DNA of 33,639 nt, taken from the IMG/VR virus record IMGVR_UViG_3300037423_000644, positions 1 through 33,639 of that record, one strand, 5' to 3'. Shown here one piece after another: positions 1 to 7,111 of this stretch. The notes under the pieces are model-generated. The model saw only the letters and a program-made list of their open reading frames with translations. It had not been told where the DNA came from and did not search any database. This stretch comes from a virus (lineage: Duplodnaviria; Caudoviricetes). Position numbers and translations under genes: made by a program. Position 1 is the first letter of the stretch; every line of letters begins with the position of its first letter.

Positions 1-1
1 A

Positions 2-61
2 GCGGCGATCAAGGCTGAGTCACCGCGTTACAACTACCAGCATAACCGAGCACCCAAATGA
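2..61 (+). CDS. 3' end of a truncated upstream ORF (hypothetical)
   Basis: Open frame GCG GCG ATC AAG...CCC AAA TGA whose stop overlaps the xis ATG (ATGA at 58-61). Confidence 0.4.
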   Translation, partial: AAIKAESPRYNYQHNRAPK

Positions 62-252
62 GCGAACTTCTGACCTTGGATGACATCGCGAAGCTCTGGA
101 AGGTGCGCCGCGAGTTTGCCCGCCGCTACATCGTGCGCCGGCCGGGATTCCCGGATCCAGCGCCCGGATCCACGCGCAAGAACCTGCGCTGGCGCGAGCC
201 CGACATTCATGCGTTCCTGCTGGGTTCCCACGAAAACGCCCACCAATCGTGA
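58..252 (+). CDS. xis: excisionase / AlpA-like recombination directionality factor
   Basis: 64 aa basic protein, LLTLDDIAKLW...RRPGFPDP...LRWREPDI matches the AlpA/Xis winged-helix pattern; lies beside the att core and the integrase. Confidence 0.75.
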   Translation: MSELLTLDDIAKLWKVRREFARRYIVRRPGFPDPAPGSTRKNLRWREPDIHAFLLGSHENAHQS

Positions 253-394
253 TTTCTCCAATGACTTCGATTCCGGCCTCCGGCACCACCATATGGAATG
301 CTCGCGTATCGCAGCGTTTCGTTCCGGTGGAAAACGGTTCGTCGCGGCTCATCAGGTACGATGCCGCCCACGATCATCCCACGGGAAAGTGGGA
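227..394. repeat. putative integrase arm-type sites (CCCAC[G/C] repeats)
   Basis: CCCACG 227-232 and CCCACC 239-244 left of the core; CCCACG 367-372, CCCACG 378-383 and inverted GTGGGA 389-394 right of it; 11-12 bp periodicity. Confidence 0.55.
266..288 (+). mobile_element. attP core: 3' end of a tRNA-Leu-like gene (T-loop to CCA)
   Basis: TTCGATTCCGGCCTCCGGCACCA = T-loop, T-stem 3' strand, acceptor 3' strand, discriminator A and CCA. It resembles the leuX-type 3' end; the 5' part of the tRNA is absent; it sits between xis and int. Confidence 0.85.
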
Positions 395-408
395 TTGCGA
401 GGGGCGCG

Positions 409-1335
409 ATGTACATCCAGAAAGTCGGAGACAAGTGGCGGTGCCTGGTCGAGAAGCACGGCCACCGGCCATCCAAGACATTCGACACGAAGGTCGAAGC
501 CCAGCGGTGGGGGAACGCCAAAGAGGTCGAGCTAGACGCCCTGAAAGGATCCAAGGGCAAGACCTTCGGCGCGGCCACGGCCTACTACCTGCTGACGGTG
601 AGCCCGGAAAAGGTCGATGCGGTCGAGTGGGATCGCCGGCGCTTTGCGTCGATGGCCGAGTTCTTTGGATCCACAACCCCGCTGGTCAAGATCACGAGCG
701 CCGAGGTGGGCAAGTGGCGCGACTGGCGGCTGAAGTCGGTCAAGGGGTCCACGGTGTTGCGCGAGGCGAACCTCCTGCGCAACCTTTTCCGGCTGGCGCA
801 CGACGAATGGAAGTGGATCCCGCACGAGCCGTGGAAAGGCGTGCGGTGGCCGGAGGACTCCGAAGACAAAGAGCTTGTCTGGGGCTGGAGAGAGATCCGG
901 CGGGTGCTGCGCTACTGCCAGCGGGGAGGCCCGAAGCAGCAGGAAGTGGGGATGCGGCTGAACGAGGTGTTGGCGGCTCGGCTGGCCGGGACAGTCGCCG
1001 TCCTACCCCGCCAGAAGACCTCCAAGAAGAACGCGGGTCCGGTCAAGGTGCCGCTGACCCGCCACGGTCGGCGCCTGCTTGCTGCTTCGGATCCGTTCGT
1101 CGTCGGCGCGAACGAGGCGAGTACGCTGTTCAATCAGGTCTGCCAACAGGTCGGGATCCGCGCGAAGGGCGAGCCAGGGCTCACGTTTCACGACAGCCGA
1201 GCGACGTTTGCAACCCTGATGGCCCGCAAGGTGGATGTCCTGACGCTCGCGGCCCTGACCAGGCACCGGGACATCAATCTGCTGCGGCGCAAGTATTACC
1301 GCGAGACTGCCGAGCAAATAGCCTCACGGCTATGA
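409..1335 (+). CDS. int: phage tyrosine integrase
   Basis: Start MYIQKVGDKWR with GAGGGG RBS; arm-binding N-terminus (SKTFDTKVEAQRW); catalytic motifs GMRLNEV, TFHDSR, TRHRD and YY. Confidence 0.92.
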   Translation: MYIQKVGDKWRCLVEKHGHRPSKTFDTKVEAQRWGNAKEVELDALKGSKGKTFGAATAYYLLTVSPEKVDAVEWDRRRFASMAEFFGSTTPLVKITSAEVGKWRDWRLKSVKGSTVLREANLLRNLFRLAHDEWKWIPHEPWKGVRWPEDSEDKELVWGWREIRRVLRYCQRGGPKQQEVGMRLNEVLAARLAGTVAVLPRQKTSKKNAGPVKVPLTRHGRRLLAASDPFVVGANEASTLFNQVCQQVGIRAKGEPGLTFHDSRATFATLMARKVDVLTLAALTRHRDINLLRRKYYRETAEQIASRL

Positions 1336-1350
1336 AAGGAGAATGAGGAA

Positions 1351-1530
1351 GTGAGCGAAACAGAACTGAAGCAATTGCTAGACCGCATCAGAAATGTGGC
1401 CCCGATGACCCCTGAGCAGATATTCGAGCAAAAGATCAGTTATGTATTCGGGATGCTCGATGCAGACAACCCGCTGACCAAAGACGATGTGCGCCGCATT
1501 CTCCGAGAACAGGCGGGGTACACCCCATGA
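1351..1530 (+). CDS. hypothetical protein (59 aa, not in ORF track)
   Basis: GTG start after AAAGGAGAATGAGGAA; MSETELKQLLDRIRNVAPMTPEQIFEQKISYVFGML...; stop overlaps the next ATG (ATGA). Confidence 0.7.
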   Translation: MSETELKQLLDRIRNVAPMTPEQIFEQKISYVFGMLDADNPLTKDDVRRILREQAGYTP

Positions 1531-1742
1531 CCCCCGACCTCCCCGAACTGCCCTTCATTCCAGAATCGAACGAACTGCGCATTCGTCTACTGGCTTGGGG
1601 AAGGCAGTGCGTGATGCAGGAGCGGGAGCGGGCGGCGAAGGTTTGCGAGGAACTGGCGACCACTCACCACGAAATCGATGATTTGCTCGAAGAGCTGATT
1701 CACTCCGATTGCGCCGCCGAGATCCGTAAGGAGCCGAAATGA
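1527..1742 (+). CDS. phage hypothetical protein
   Basis: ATGA-coupled at both ends; ERERAAKVCE...CAAEIR motif is common in small phage early proteins. Confidence 0.7.
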   Translation: MTPDLPELPFIPESNELRIRLLAWGRQCVMQERERAAKVCEELATTHHEIDDLLEELIHSDCAAEIRKEPK

Positions 1743-2065
1743 GCGACTACACCGACGCGCAACGCTGGCAATGGCTAGCATCGCTCAAGTGCAATTCTTT
1801 CTCGCTTGGCAGAGATGAGAACCACGCCTGCAACTACATGACCGCGAAGCAGTGGATCGAAGAAACCTGCCACGAAGACTTTCAGGACGTGGCGCCCGAC
1901 GAGTTGCAGCGCATGAAGGACACGAACACCATTTGGGCATTGCAGATTTATCCGCATACGCCTGTTGGCTTCAATGTCTGGTACGGAGCGACCGCAGAAA
2001 GCGTCGTTGATGCGGCCATGCGTGACTATGGAGTCGAACCCGCAGCGGCTGTCCTTGCCAGATAG
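1739..2065 (+). CDS. phage hypothetical protein
   Basis: AAGGAG RBS, ATGA overlap; DAQRWQWL...VDAAM pattern seen in phage early/Ead-like proteins. Confidence 0.75.
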   Translation: MSDYTDAQRWQWLASLKCNSFSLGRDENHACNYMTAKQWIEETCHEDFQDVAPDELQRMKDTNTIWALQIYPHTPVGFNVWYGATAESVVDAAMRDYGVEPAAAVLAR

Positions 2066-2068
2066 GGA

Positions 2069-2186
2069 GTCGAGGTCGCAGGCTGGTTACTGCGCTTTGT
2101 CCTCGACATGGGGTTATCCAATATTTTTGACATTGGCCGTGCAAATTGAAGATTCAATCTTCAAACGGCCATACGCAAGTTGCGTA
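2069..2186. other. cluster of inverted repeats at the convergent-transcription junction
   Basis: GTCGAGG/CCTCGAC (2069-2107); TGGCCGT/ACGGCCA (2134-2171) enclosing TTGAAGATT-C-AATCTTCAA (2146-2164); TACGCAA-G-TTGCGTA (2172-2186). Confidence 0.6.
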
Positions 2187-2190
2187 GGGA

Positions 2191-2391
2191 TCACACCGCA
2201 AAGTGCGATGGCCTGAAGTTCTTCCACGCCTCAAGAATCGATCTGCCCGTAGACCAATAGATGCGATCGGTTCCGGGGAAGCCGCACATCCAGTAGCCCC
2301 GATCCAGCTTCAGACGGGGCTTTCTTCGGATGCCGATGTATTCCCCCGGCTCTGCGAAGGGATGCAGGACGTGCGGAGGGACGGGTTTCAT
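2191..2391 (-). CDS. hypothetical protein (66 aa)
   Basis: ATG at 2391 with AGGA upstream, ATGA-coupled to the preceding small membrane ORF; last gene of the late operon. Confidence 0.6.
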   Translation of the reverse strand: MKPVPPHVLHPFAEPGEYIGIRRKPRLKLDRGYWMCGFPGTDRIYWSTGRSILEAWKNFRPSHFAV

Positions 2392-2540
2392 TTCTGCATC
2401 CTGTCGAGAAGCCAAAGCCCTGCATTCGCCCAAGCGTACCCGCTATAGACGATCACAAGAGGCCAGTTCTTTTGAGCGCCGTACATGGCAGCGGCAGCGA
2501 GATAGCACAAGCCTGGAATGACAATGAGAGCTGCGGTCAT
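2388..2540 (-). CDS. small two-TM membrane protein (50 aa, not in ORF track)
   Basis: MTAALIVIPGLCYLAAAAMYGAQKNWPLVIVYSGYAWANAGLWLLDRMQK; two hydrophobic segments; ATGA overlaps at both ends. Confidence 0.7.
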   Translation of the reverse strand: MTAALIVIPGLCYLAAAAMYGAQKNWPLVIVYSGYAWANAGLWLLDRMQK

Positions 2541-2583
2541 GGTCTGCGCTTCATCGGTGAAGCGTGTATTGGGAGGTTGCGCT

Positions 2584-3843
2584 TCACGTCAACATCTCCG
2601 GCGAGAAGTGAAGCGTCTGCGCCATCGCTCCGTTCGAGTGGTAGCTGTGCCCGAGAAGCTCACGCGCTGCGGCAAGTCCCTTGTCGGCGGCCCACGCGTT
2701 GCGCGCGGCCAATGTCGGGTGCTGGTAGATCATCATCCCGCGCTCTTCCTTGCCGCTGTGGACGATGAAGTGCTTGTGGTGCATGTGCCCGGTGTGGCAG
2801 ATGCGATAGGTGGCCTTGCCCCACATCTCGGCGAAGTCGGCCGCGAAGATCCCCGGAAGTTCTCCCAGCCGCGCCTTGTCGCCGTGGTGCGTGGCGATCA
2901 TCGTCTTGCCGAACAGCATCGCCCAGTACGGGCGGATCGACTGCTCCACCGTCACCCGCGGCTCGCGCTCGAAAATGCGCGTCATCAGCTTGCGCATCCA
3001 CCATGCCGATAGAGGATCGTGGTTACCCGGCTTGATCACCAGGCGCACGCGCTTGTAGCGTTTGAGAGCATGGAGCGCGCCTGCCTCAATCACCTCGGCG
3101 CCCACGTCCGCGATCTTCGGATAGCGTCCATCGACATCCAGCAGGTGCTTGCTCGCGGGTGTGAGCGGCAAGTATCCGTCCGTGTCGGTGAAGTCGCCGA
3201 GGATGCAAAAGAGAAGTTCCTCAGCCGCCGGCAGGTTGTCCATCAGCCAGCAGGCCCCGGCCAATATCTGCTCGCGGGCGATGTTCAAGTCCCAGTCGCC
3301 CGAGCCGGTCTCGCGATCCCAAGCCAGAGCGCCGACGTGCCCATCCGCGATCGTGACCTGATTGAGAACATTGGCGGGACCAACAGTATCCGGCAACTCG
3401 CGCGGCTCGAGCGGCTCAATGCTGAGCACGCGGCGATCCAGCGTCTCGAGGATTTCAGCGTCTCGCGCTGCGGGGTGCTGCCTTTCCCACGTTCGTTCAA
3501 TAACACCGTCCTTGCGCTGGACGGTGACCTTGCCCATGAGGTAGCCCGGTGCGACTCCAGCGTTCCAGTGTCCCGGCGCATGCCCCTTGCGCGCCTGGAT
3601 GATCGCTTCGCGCCCCAGCGCCGCCAGCTCGCGCAGCTCTTCGTCCGCTGGCATCGGCAGGTTCTCGTCGAGGCTGCGGCGGTCTTCACGGGTGCCGTAA
3701 CCACGCTCGATAGCTTGCTGTACGCGGCCCTCGAAGGTGCGCGAGTTCAGCCCGGCGATGAGGGTGTAGCCCTGCGAGCCGCGGCGCTTGTAGGCTTCGA
3801 CCGCTTGCAACGCCAGAAGATCGGGCAGCGGCGGGTTCGGCAT
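2584..3843 (-). CDS. calcineurin-like metallophosphoesterase with N-terminal extension
   Basis: All five motifs are visible: ADGHVG, GDFTD, PGNHD, HHGD and GHMHH. Confidence 0.88.
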   Translation of the reverse strand: MPNPPLPDLLALQAVEAYKRRGSQGYTLIAGLNSRTFEGRVQQAIERGYGTREDRRSLDENLPMPADEELRELAALGREAIIQARKGHAPGHWNAGVAPGYLMGKVTVQRKDGVIERTWERQHPAARDAEILETLDRRVLSIEPLEPRELPDTVGPANVLNQVTIADGHVGALAWDRETGSGDWDLNIAREQILAGACWLMDNLPAAEELLFCILGDFTDTDGYLPLTPASKHLLDVDGRYPKIADVGAEVIEAGALHALKRYKRVRLVIKPGNHDPLSAWWMRKLMTRIFEREPRVTVEQSIRPYWAMLFGKTMIATHHGDKARLGELPGIFAADFAEMWGKATYRICHTGHMHHKHFIVHSGKEERGMMIYQHPTLAARNAWAADKGLAAARELLGHSYHSNGAMAQTLHFSPEMLT

Positions 3844-3844
3844 G

Positions 3845-4273
3845 TCAGGCTTTCAACCGGTAGGTGCGAACCGGCCCGCGCGACCCGCTATCGTGCTTGC
3901 AGACAATCTTGACGGCCAGCACGGGGTCTGTGAATGCGAGTGCTTCATACGCGCACATCGCCGCTTTTGAACCGGTGCCGATGGCCTCGATTCCATGCGC
4001 CACCTTTTCCGGAACCAGGTTGTTTCCGTAGTAGAACAACCCACCATCGGACATCACCAGCGCTTCGCTTTCGTTGAACTTCGGCGCCTGCCCTTTCGCT
4101 CCGCCTCTGAGCCATTCGACGAATAGCCTGCCCTGGGCGAAGTCGCCGGCAATCCCGACGAGGCAGCCTTTCACGCGCCAGACCTTGCGCTGCGACCACA
4201 CACGATCGCTGTCTGTCGTGGTGCCATCCGACACCATCACGCCGAGGCGCAGGTCAGCGAGGATTGTCGTCAT
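3845..4273 (-). CDS. HslV / proteasome beta-subunit-like Ntn peptidase (142 aa)
   Basis: Real start MTTILAD gives an N-terminal Thr nucleophile; SD, RK, IAGD and AIGTGS motifs match Ntn threonine proteases. Confidence 0.8.
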   Translation of the reverse strand: MTTILADLRLGVMVSDGTTTDSDRVWSQRKVWRVKGCLVGIAGDFAQGRLFVEWLRGGAKGQAPKFNESEALVMSDGGLFYYGNNLVPEKVAHGIEAIGTGSKAAMCAYEALAFTDPVLAVKIVCKHDSGSRGPVRTYRLKA

Positions 4274-4413
4274 TGATCCGTCCCCAAAAAGTAGATGAGA
4301 AGCCCCGCCACAATCACCCCGCCCCATAGCCCTGCAAGCCAGTGATGAAAAGCAGCACCGATGACCGTACCGACAGCGACGCACACCACGGACAGGATGA
4401 AGGGCGCAGACAC
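4270..4413 (-). CDS. small two-TM membrane protein (47 aa, not in ORF track)
   Basis: GTG start, GAGG RBS; MSAPFILSVVCVAVGTVIGAAFHHWLAGLWGGVIVAGLLIYFLGTDQ; stop overlaps the peptidase ATG. Confidence 0.7.
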   Translation of the reverse strand: MSAPFILSVVCVAVGTVIGAAFHHWLAGLWGGVIVAGLLIYFLGTDQ

Positions 4414-4417
4414 GGCC

Positions 4418-4735
4418 CTAAACCTCTTTCAATTGCCGGAATGCGCGACGGAAGATGACGCCGCCCGAACCCTTGCGATCGATCACGATGACGTCGTGGT
4501 CCTTGTCCTCGGCCCAGCATGCGGGAATGAACTGGCCCGCGAGCATCACGTCGGCCCGCTTGGGCGGTGTCATTGCGCCGCTCTCTGCCAGCACCTTCTT
4601 GGCATCGTCGGACGAGCAATCGGAGTCCAGCGCCGTGATCGAAAGCGGCCCTTGCTGGTAGATCATGGTGGCGCGCGATGGCGCGCACACAGCGAAGAGC
4701 ACCGCGGCGATGAGGAGTGTTGGCGTGTGCTTCAT
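4418..4735 (-). CDS. small secreted/periplasmic protein
   Basis: Signal peptide MKHTPTLLIAAVLFAVCAPSRA; two Cys in the mature part; ATGA overlap with the Rz stop. Confidence 0.7.
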   Translation of the reverse strand: MKHTPTLLIAAVLFAVCAPSRATMIYQQGPLSITALDSDCSSDDAKKVLAESGAMTPPKRADVMLAGQFIPACWAEDKDHDVIVIDRKGSGGVIFRRAFRQLKEV

Positions 4736-5274
4736 GGCTTTAGTTCCTCGTATTCGCGCTGGCACTGGAGCCCTGCGGCGCGCGATTCGTCGGAGAAGGA
4801 AGCAAGCTGTCGAGCTCTTTCGACAACCCGGCCGAGCACGTCGGCGAGCACATCGGCGGCGCTGGAGGCTGTTTCGCTGTTGCCGACAACGGCGGGATTG
4901 ATGGCGGATCGACGTGCAGCGGCGGCGAGCTGGTTGGCGCGTGCGCGCAGGCGGTCAGCAGCGCTGGCAGCAGAAGCAGCATCGGCGCGCGCTTGGGCAA
5001 GTTCGAGATCATGGGCACGTTGGCTCTCCTGTTGCGCCGCAAGGCGCCGGTTAGTTTCTGCAGCGTTCGCTGCGGCTTCGGCGAGGGCGCGCTGCTCCTG
5101 TTCCTTCGCGGCCTTGTCCCACTTCACCTGGACCTCGGCGCGACCTTCGGAGCGCAGCGACTCGTTGTACGAATGCACGCCGTAGGTGACGCCGCCGATC
5201 AAAAGTGCAGCAAGCACCGCAACGACTGCCAGTTGCACCGTGCGGCCACCGGGGATGAGGTCGAGAATGTTCAT
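4732..5274 (-). CDS. Rz-like i-spanin
   Basis: N-terminal TM followed by an Ala-rich coiled coil and C-terminal AGLQCQREYE; downstream of the endolysin; contains an embedded lipoprotein ORF. Confidence 0.85.
   Translation of the reverse strand: MNILDLIPGGRTVQLAVVAVLAALLIGGVTYGVHSYNESLRSEGRAEVQVKWDKAAKEQEQRALAEAAANAAETNRRLAAQQESQRAHDLELAQARADAASAASAADRLRARANQLAAAARRSAINPAVVGNSETASSAADVLADVLGRVVERARQLASFSDESRAAGLQCQREYEELKP
4740..5012 (-). CDS. Rz1-like o-spanin lipoprotein embedded in Rz
   Basis: Alternative frame: MISNLPKRAPMLLLLPALLTA|C lipobox followed by a Pro-rich mature region. Start could instead be 4982. Confidence 0.75.
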   Translation of the reverse strand: MISNLPKRAPMLLLLPALLTACAHAPTSSPPLHVDPPSIPPLSATAKQPPAPPMCSPTCSAGLSKELDSLLPSPTNRAPQGSSASANTRN

Positions 5275-5477
5275 GGCGGGTCCGATGGATCTAGGGGGTG
5301 CGGTGCGCGCTCTTCTTCGTCTGCCATGCGAAAAACGAGCACCAAGGCATCACGAACGCCCGCGGCTTCGGCGAATGCGCCGGCGTCCTTCAGGCGCTTT
5401 TCTTCGCGGCAGAAACGCTCTGATATTTCGACGACAGAAAGCGTGCTGCGGATGGGGGTTTGAGGAAGCAGCTTCAT
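5271..5477 (-). CDS. hypothetical protein between endolysin and spanin
   Basis: MKLLPQTPIR...; ATGA overlaps at both ends. Confidence 0.65.
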   Translation of the reverse strand: MKLLPQTPIRSTLSVVEISERFCREEKRLKDAGAFAEAAGVRDALVLVFRMADEEERAPHPLDPSDPP

Positions 5478-5986
5478 TGCACTTCCATGCATCTTTGGTA
5501 GCGCCCGAGTTGGCGAGTCCACACCCCACGGCAGCGCGTGTTGCCGGGTGTTGAGCAGTCAAATCCGGCCGCGAAACGGTACAGCAGTAGGTCTTGGCAC
5601 GCGCGCCAGTAATTGCCCACAAGCAAGTCTTGTCGCATCGACGAATTCGCCCACGCGCTCGATCCGTATTGGTAGACCCAATCGCCGCAGTACAGGTCGT
5701 ACTCAGTCTGGGTCAGTGCCACACCCGGTAGCGAGTCGCGACACTTGGCCTCTTCCTTCGCGATGTGCTCTCCAGCGAGTTGAATTGCACGCACCGGCGT
5801 GATCCGCTCGCCCATGCGGACGGGAGTTCCGTCAGCGTGGTAAGTTGACCCAAGTCCGTATGTGGGCCGATCACCTTTCGTCGGAATGATGGCAGTGTCG
5901 GTGTAGTGTTCGCTCGTTGCGATGCTGATGAAGCCAATCGCAGACAGGCTCAGCGACGCGACGACGATGCGCGTGTTAAGCGCCAC
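5474..5986 (-). CDS. SAR-type endolysin (GH24 lysozyme)
   Basis: GTG start with AAGGA; weakly hydrophobic N-terminal SAR segment, then SEHY...GDRPTYGLGST, YQYG and C-terminal CRGVWTRQLGRYQRC. Confidence 0.9.
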   Translation of the reverse strand: MALNTRIVVASLSLSAIGFISIATSEHYTDTAIIPTKGDRPTYGLGSTYHADGTPVRMGERITPVRAIQLAGEHIAKEEAKCRDSLPGVALTQTEYDLYCGDWVYQYGSSAWANSSMRQDLLVGNYWRACQDLLLYRFAAGFDCSTPGNTRCRGVWTRQLGRYQRCMEVQ

Positions 5987-6164
5987 TTCCTTTTTCCTGA
6001 TACGCCACTGCACCCATGAAAGCGATCACCAGCGCAGAAAAGCACGTCGCAAAGTTGCCGCCGTCCAGATGCCCTGTGGATAGCATGGCCGTGATGATCC
6101 CCAGCGCGAGCACGAATGCGACAGACTTGCGCTCAAGCACCGAACGCAGGAACGCTTCACTCAT
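5976..6164 (-). CDS. small two-TM protein (holin/antiholin-like)
   Basis: 62 aa with two hydrophobic helices, directly upstream of the endolysin. Confidence 0.6.
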   Translation of the reverse strand: MSEAFLRSVLERKSVAFVLALGIITAMLSTGHLDGGNFATCFSALVIAFMGAVAYQEKGSGA

Positions 6165-6439
6165 TGATCGCCGTCCGGTGCGATCTGGTCAATGTGCAGC
6201 ATCGCAAGTTTCAGGCGCTGCCGCTGGAAATACAGGTTCACTAGCAATCCGGCCAAAGCCATTGCCATACCGAAGACGATGCCCGCGACGGTCCACTGGT
6301 TGAGCGTGAAGCCCAGCACCTTTTCTTGAGCATTGGGCGGCAGGATTGATGCTGCCGTAGCAGACCCCACCGAGAGCGATGCCCCGGCATTTGTCACGGT
6401 GGAGGCGACGCGAGATGCAGACTCGTGGCTCACGATCAC
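6161..6439 (-). CDS. holin (class II-like)
   Basis: GTG start (6439 or 6433) with AAAGGA; C-terminal TM ending GLLVNLYFQRQR is typical of class II holins. Confidence 0.7.
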   Translation of the reverse strand: MIVSHESASRVASTVTNAGASLSVGSATAASILPPNAQEKVLGFTLNQWTVAGIVFGMAMALAGLLVNLYFQRQRLKLAMLHIDQIAPDGDQ

Positions 6440-6753
6440 TGTCCTTTCGATACGCGATACTCGAGGGGCAGATAAGCCCCGTCGCGCTCCTTGATGAAAG
6501 CGCGTTCGCAATGTCCGGCGACAACCTCACCCGCATCGTTGAGATATTGCGGATCTGGCTTTTGCCACGAGAACAACAAATCAATTAGTGGCCGAAGCGC
6601 TCGGCCCAGTGGCTTTTCTCGAGCACGCCACGCATGCGCCGACAGCGTTTCGGTGGCGTAGCCCTCGTTGCCGGTGAGCGTACAAATCAGGACGTTGGCC
6701 AGGCAGTCCAGAGCGATCAGTGCTTGCTGCGCGTTGTGCAGGATGATGTTCAC
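6436..6753 (-). CDS. phage hypothetical protein
   Basis: GTG start overlapping the upstream stop; LIALD.LAN...ETLSAHAWR...IDLLF...HC motif typical of a family found near tail/lysis genes. Confidence 0.75.
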   Translation of the reverse strand: MNIILHNAQQALIALDCLANVLICTLTGNEGYATETLSAHAWRAREKPLGRALRPLIDLLFSWQKPDPQYLNDAGEVVAGHCERAFIKERDGAYLPLEYRVSKGQ

Positions 6754-7103
6754 AGGCTCGCCGCCTTGATGAACAATTGGTCCAGTGCGGCGGAATCCAG
6801 CCCCATTGCAGTTCCCAGTTGAATCAGGGAAGGACGGTTCCTGTCGAAGTCCAGCGATTCGTCCCATTCGATTTGCATGAGCGCACGCTGTGTCGCATCG
6901 GGGATTGCGCTGATCGCAGGCTGCACCTGGTTAAGCAATGGAGTGACGCCGTCTGCTGCCAGCGTGAGCAAAAGAGCCGCCTTCGCCTGCCGACGGGTCA
7001 CTGTCTGGGGAACGGAGCTGCCGTCGGCCGCCCACATCGCCTGAATCTGAGCGGCCTCCTGATCGGACATTTCCACTTGTTCGCCGTTGACGATTTTGAA
7101 CAT
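6750..7103 (-). CDS. tail-fibre partner / assembly-like protein
   Basis: Follows the fibre; VPQTVTRRQAKAAL...IEW...FDRNRP...LDQLFIKA domain; paralogous to 21308-21979. Confidence 0.7.
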   Translation of the reverse strand: MFKIVNGEQVEMSDQEAAQIQAMWAADGSSVPQTVTRRQAKAALLLTLAADGVTPLLNQVQPAISAIPDATQRALMQIEWDESLDFDRNRPSLIQLGTAMGLDSAALDQLFIKAASL

Positions 7104-7111
7104 GCCACTAC

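Noticed and set aside
240-291. Complete tRNA gene
   Set aside because: Only T-loop to CCA is present; there is no 5' T-stem strand, anticodon arm or D arm. Treated as an att core.
249-1346. 365-aa alternative-frame ORF and the 298 start for int
   Set aside because: The 365-aa ORF has no recognisable motifs and overlaps int. The 298 start would run through att-arm sequence, whereas 409 has an RBS and a typical N-terminus.
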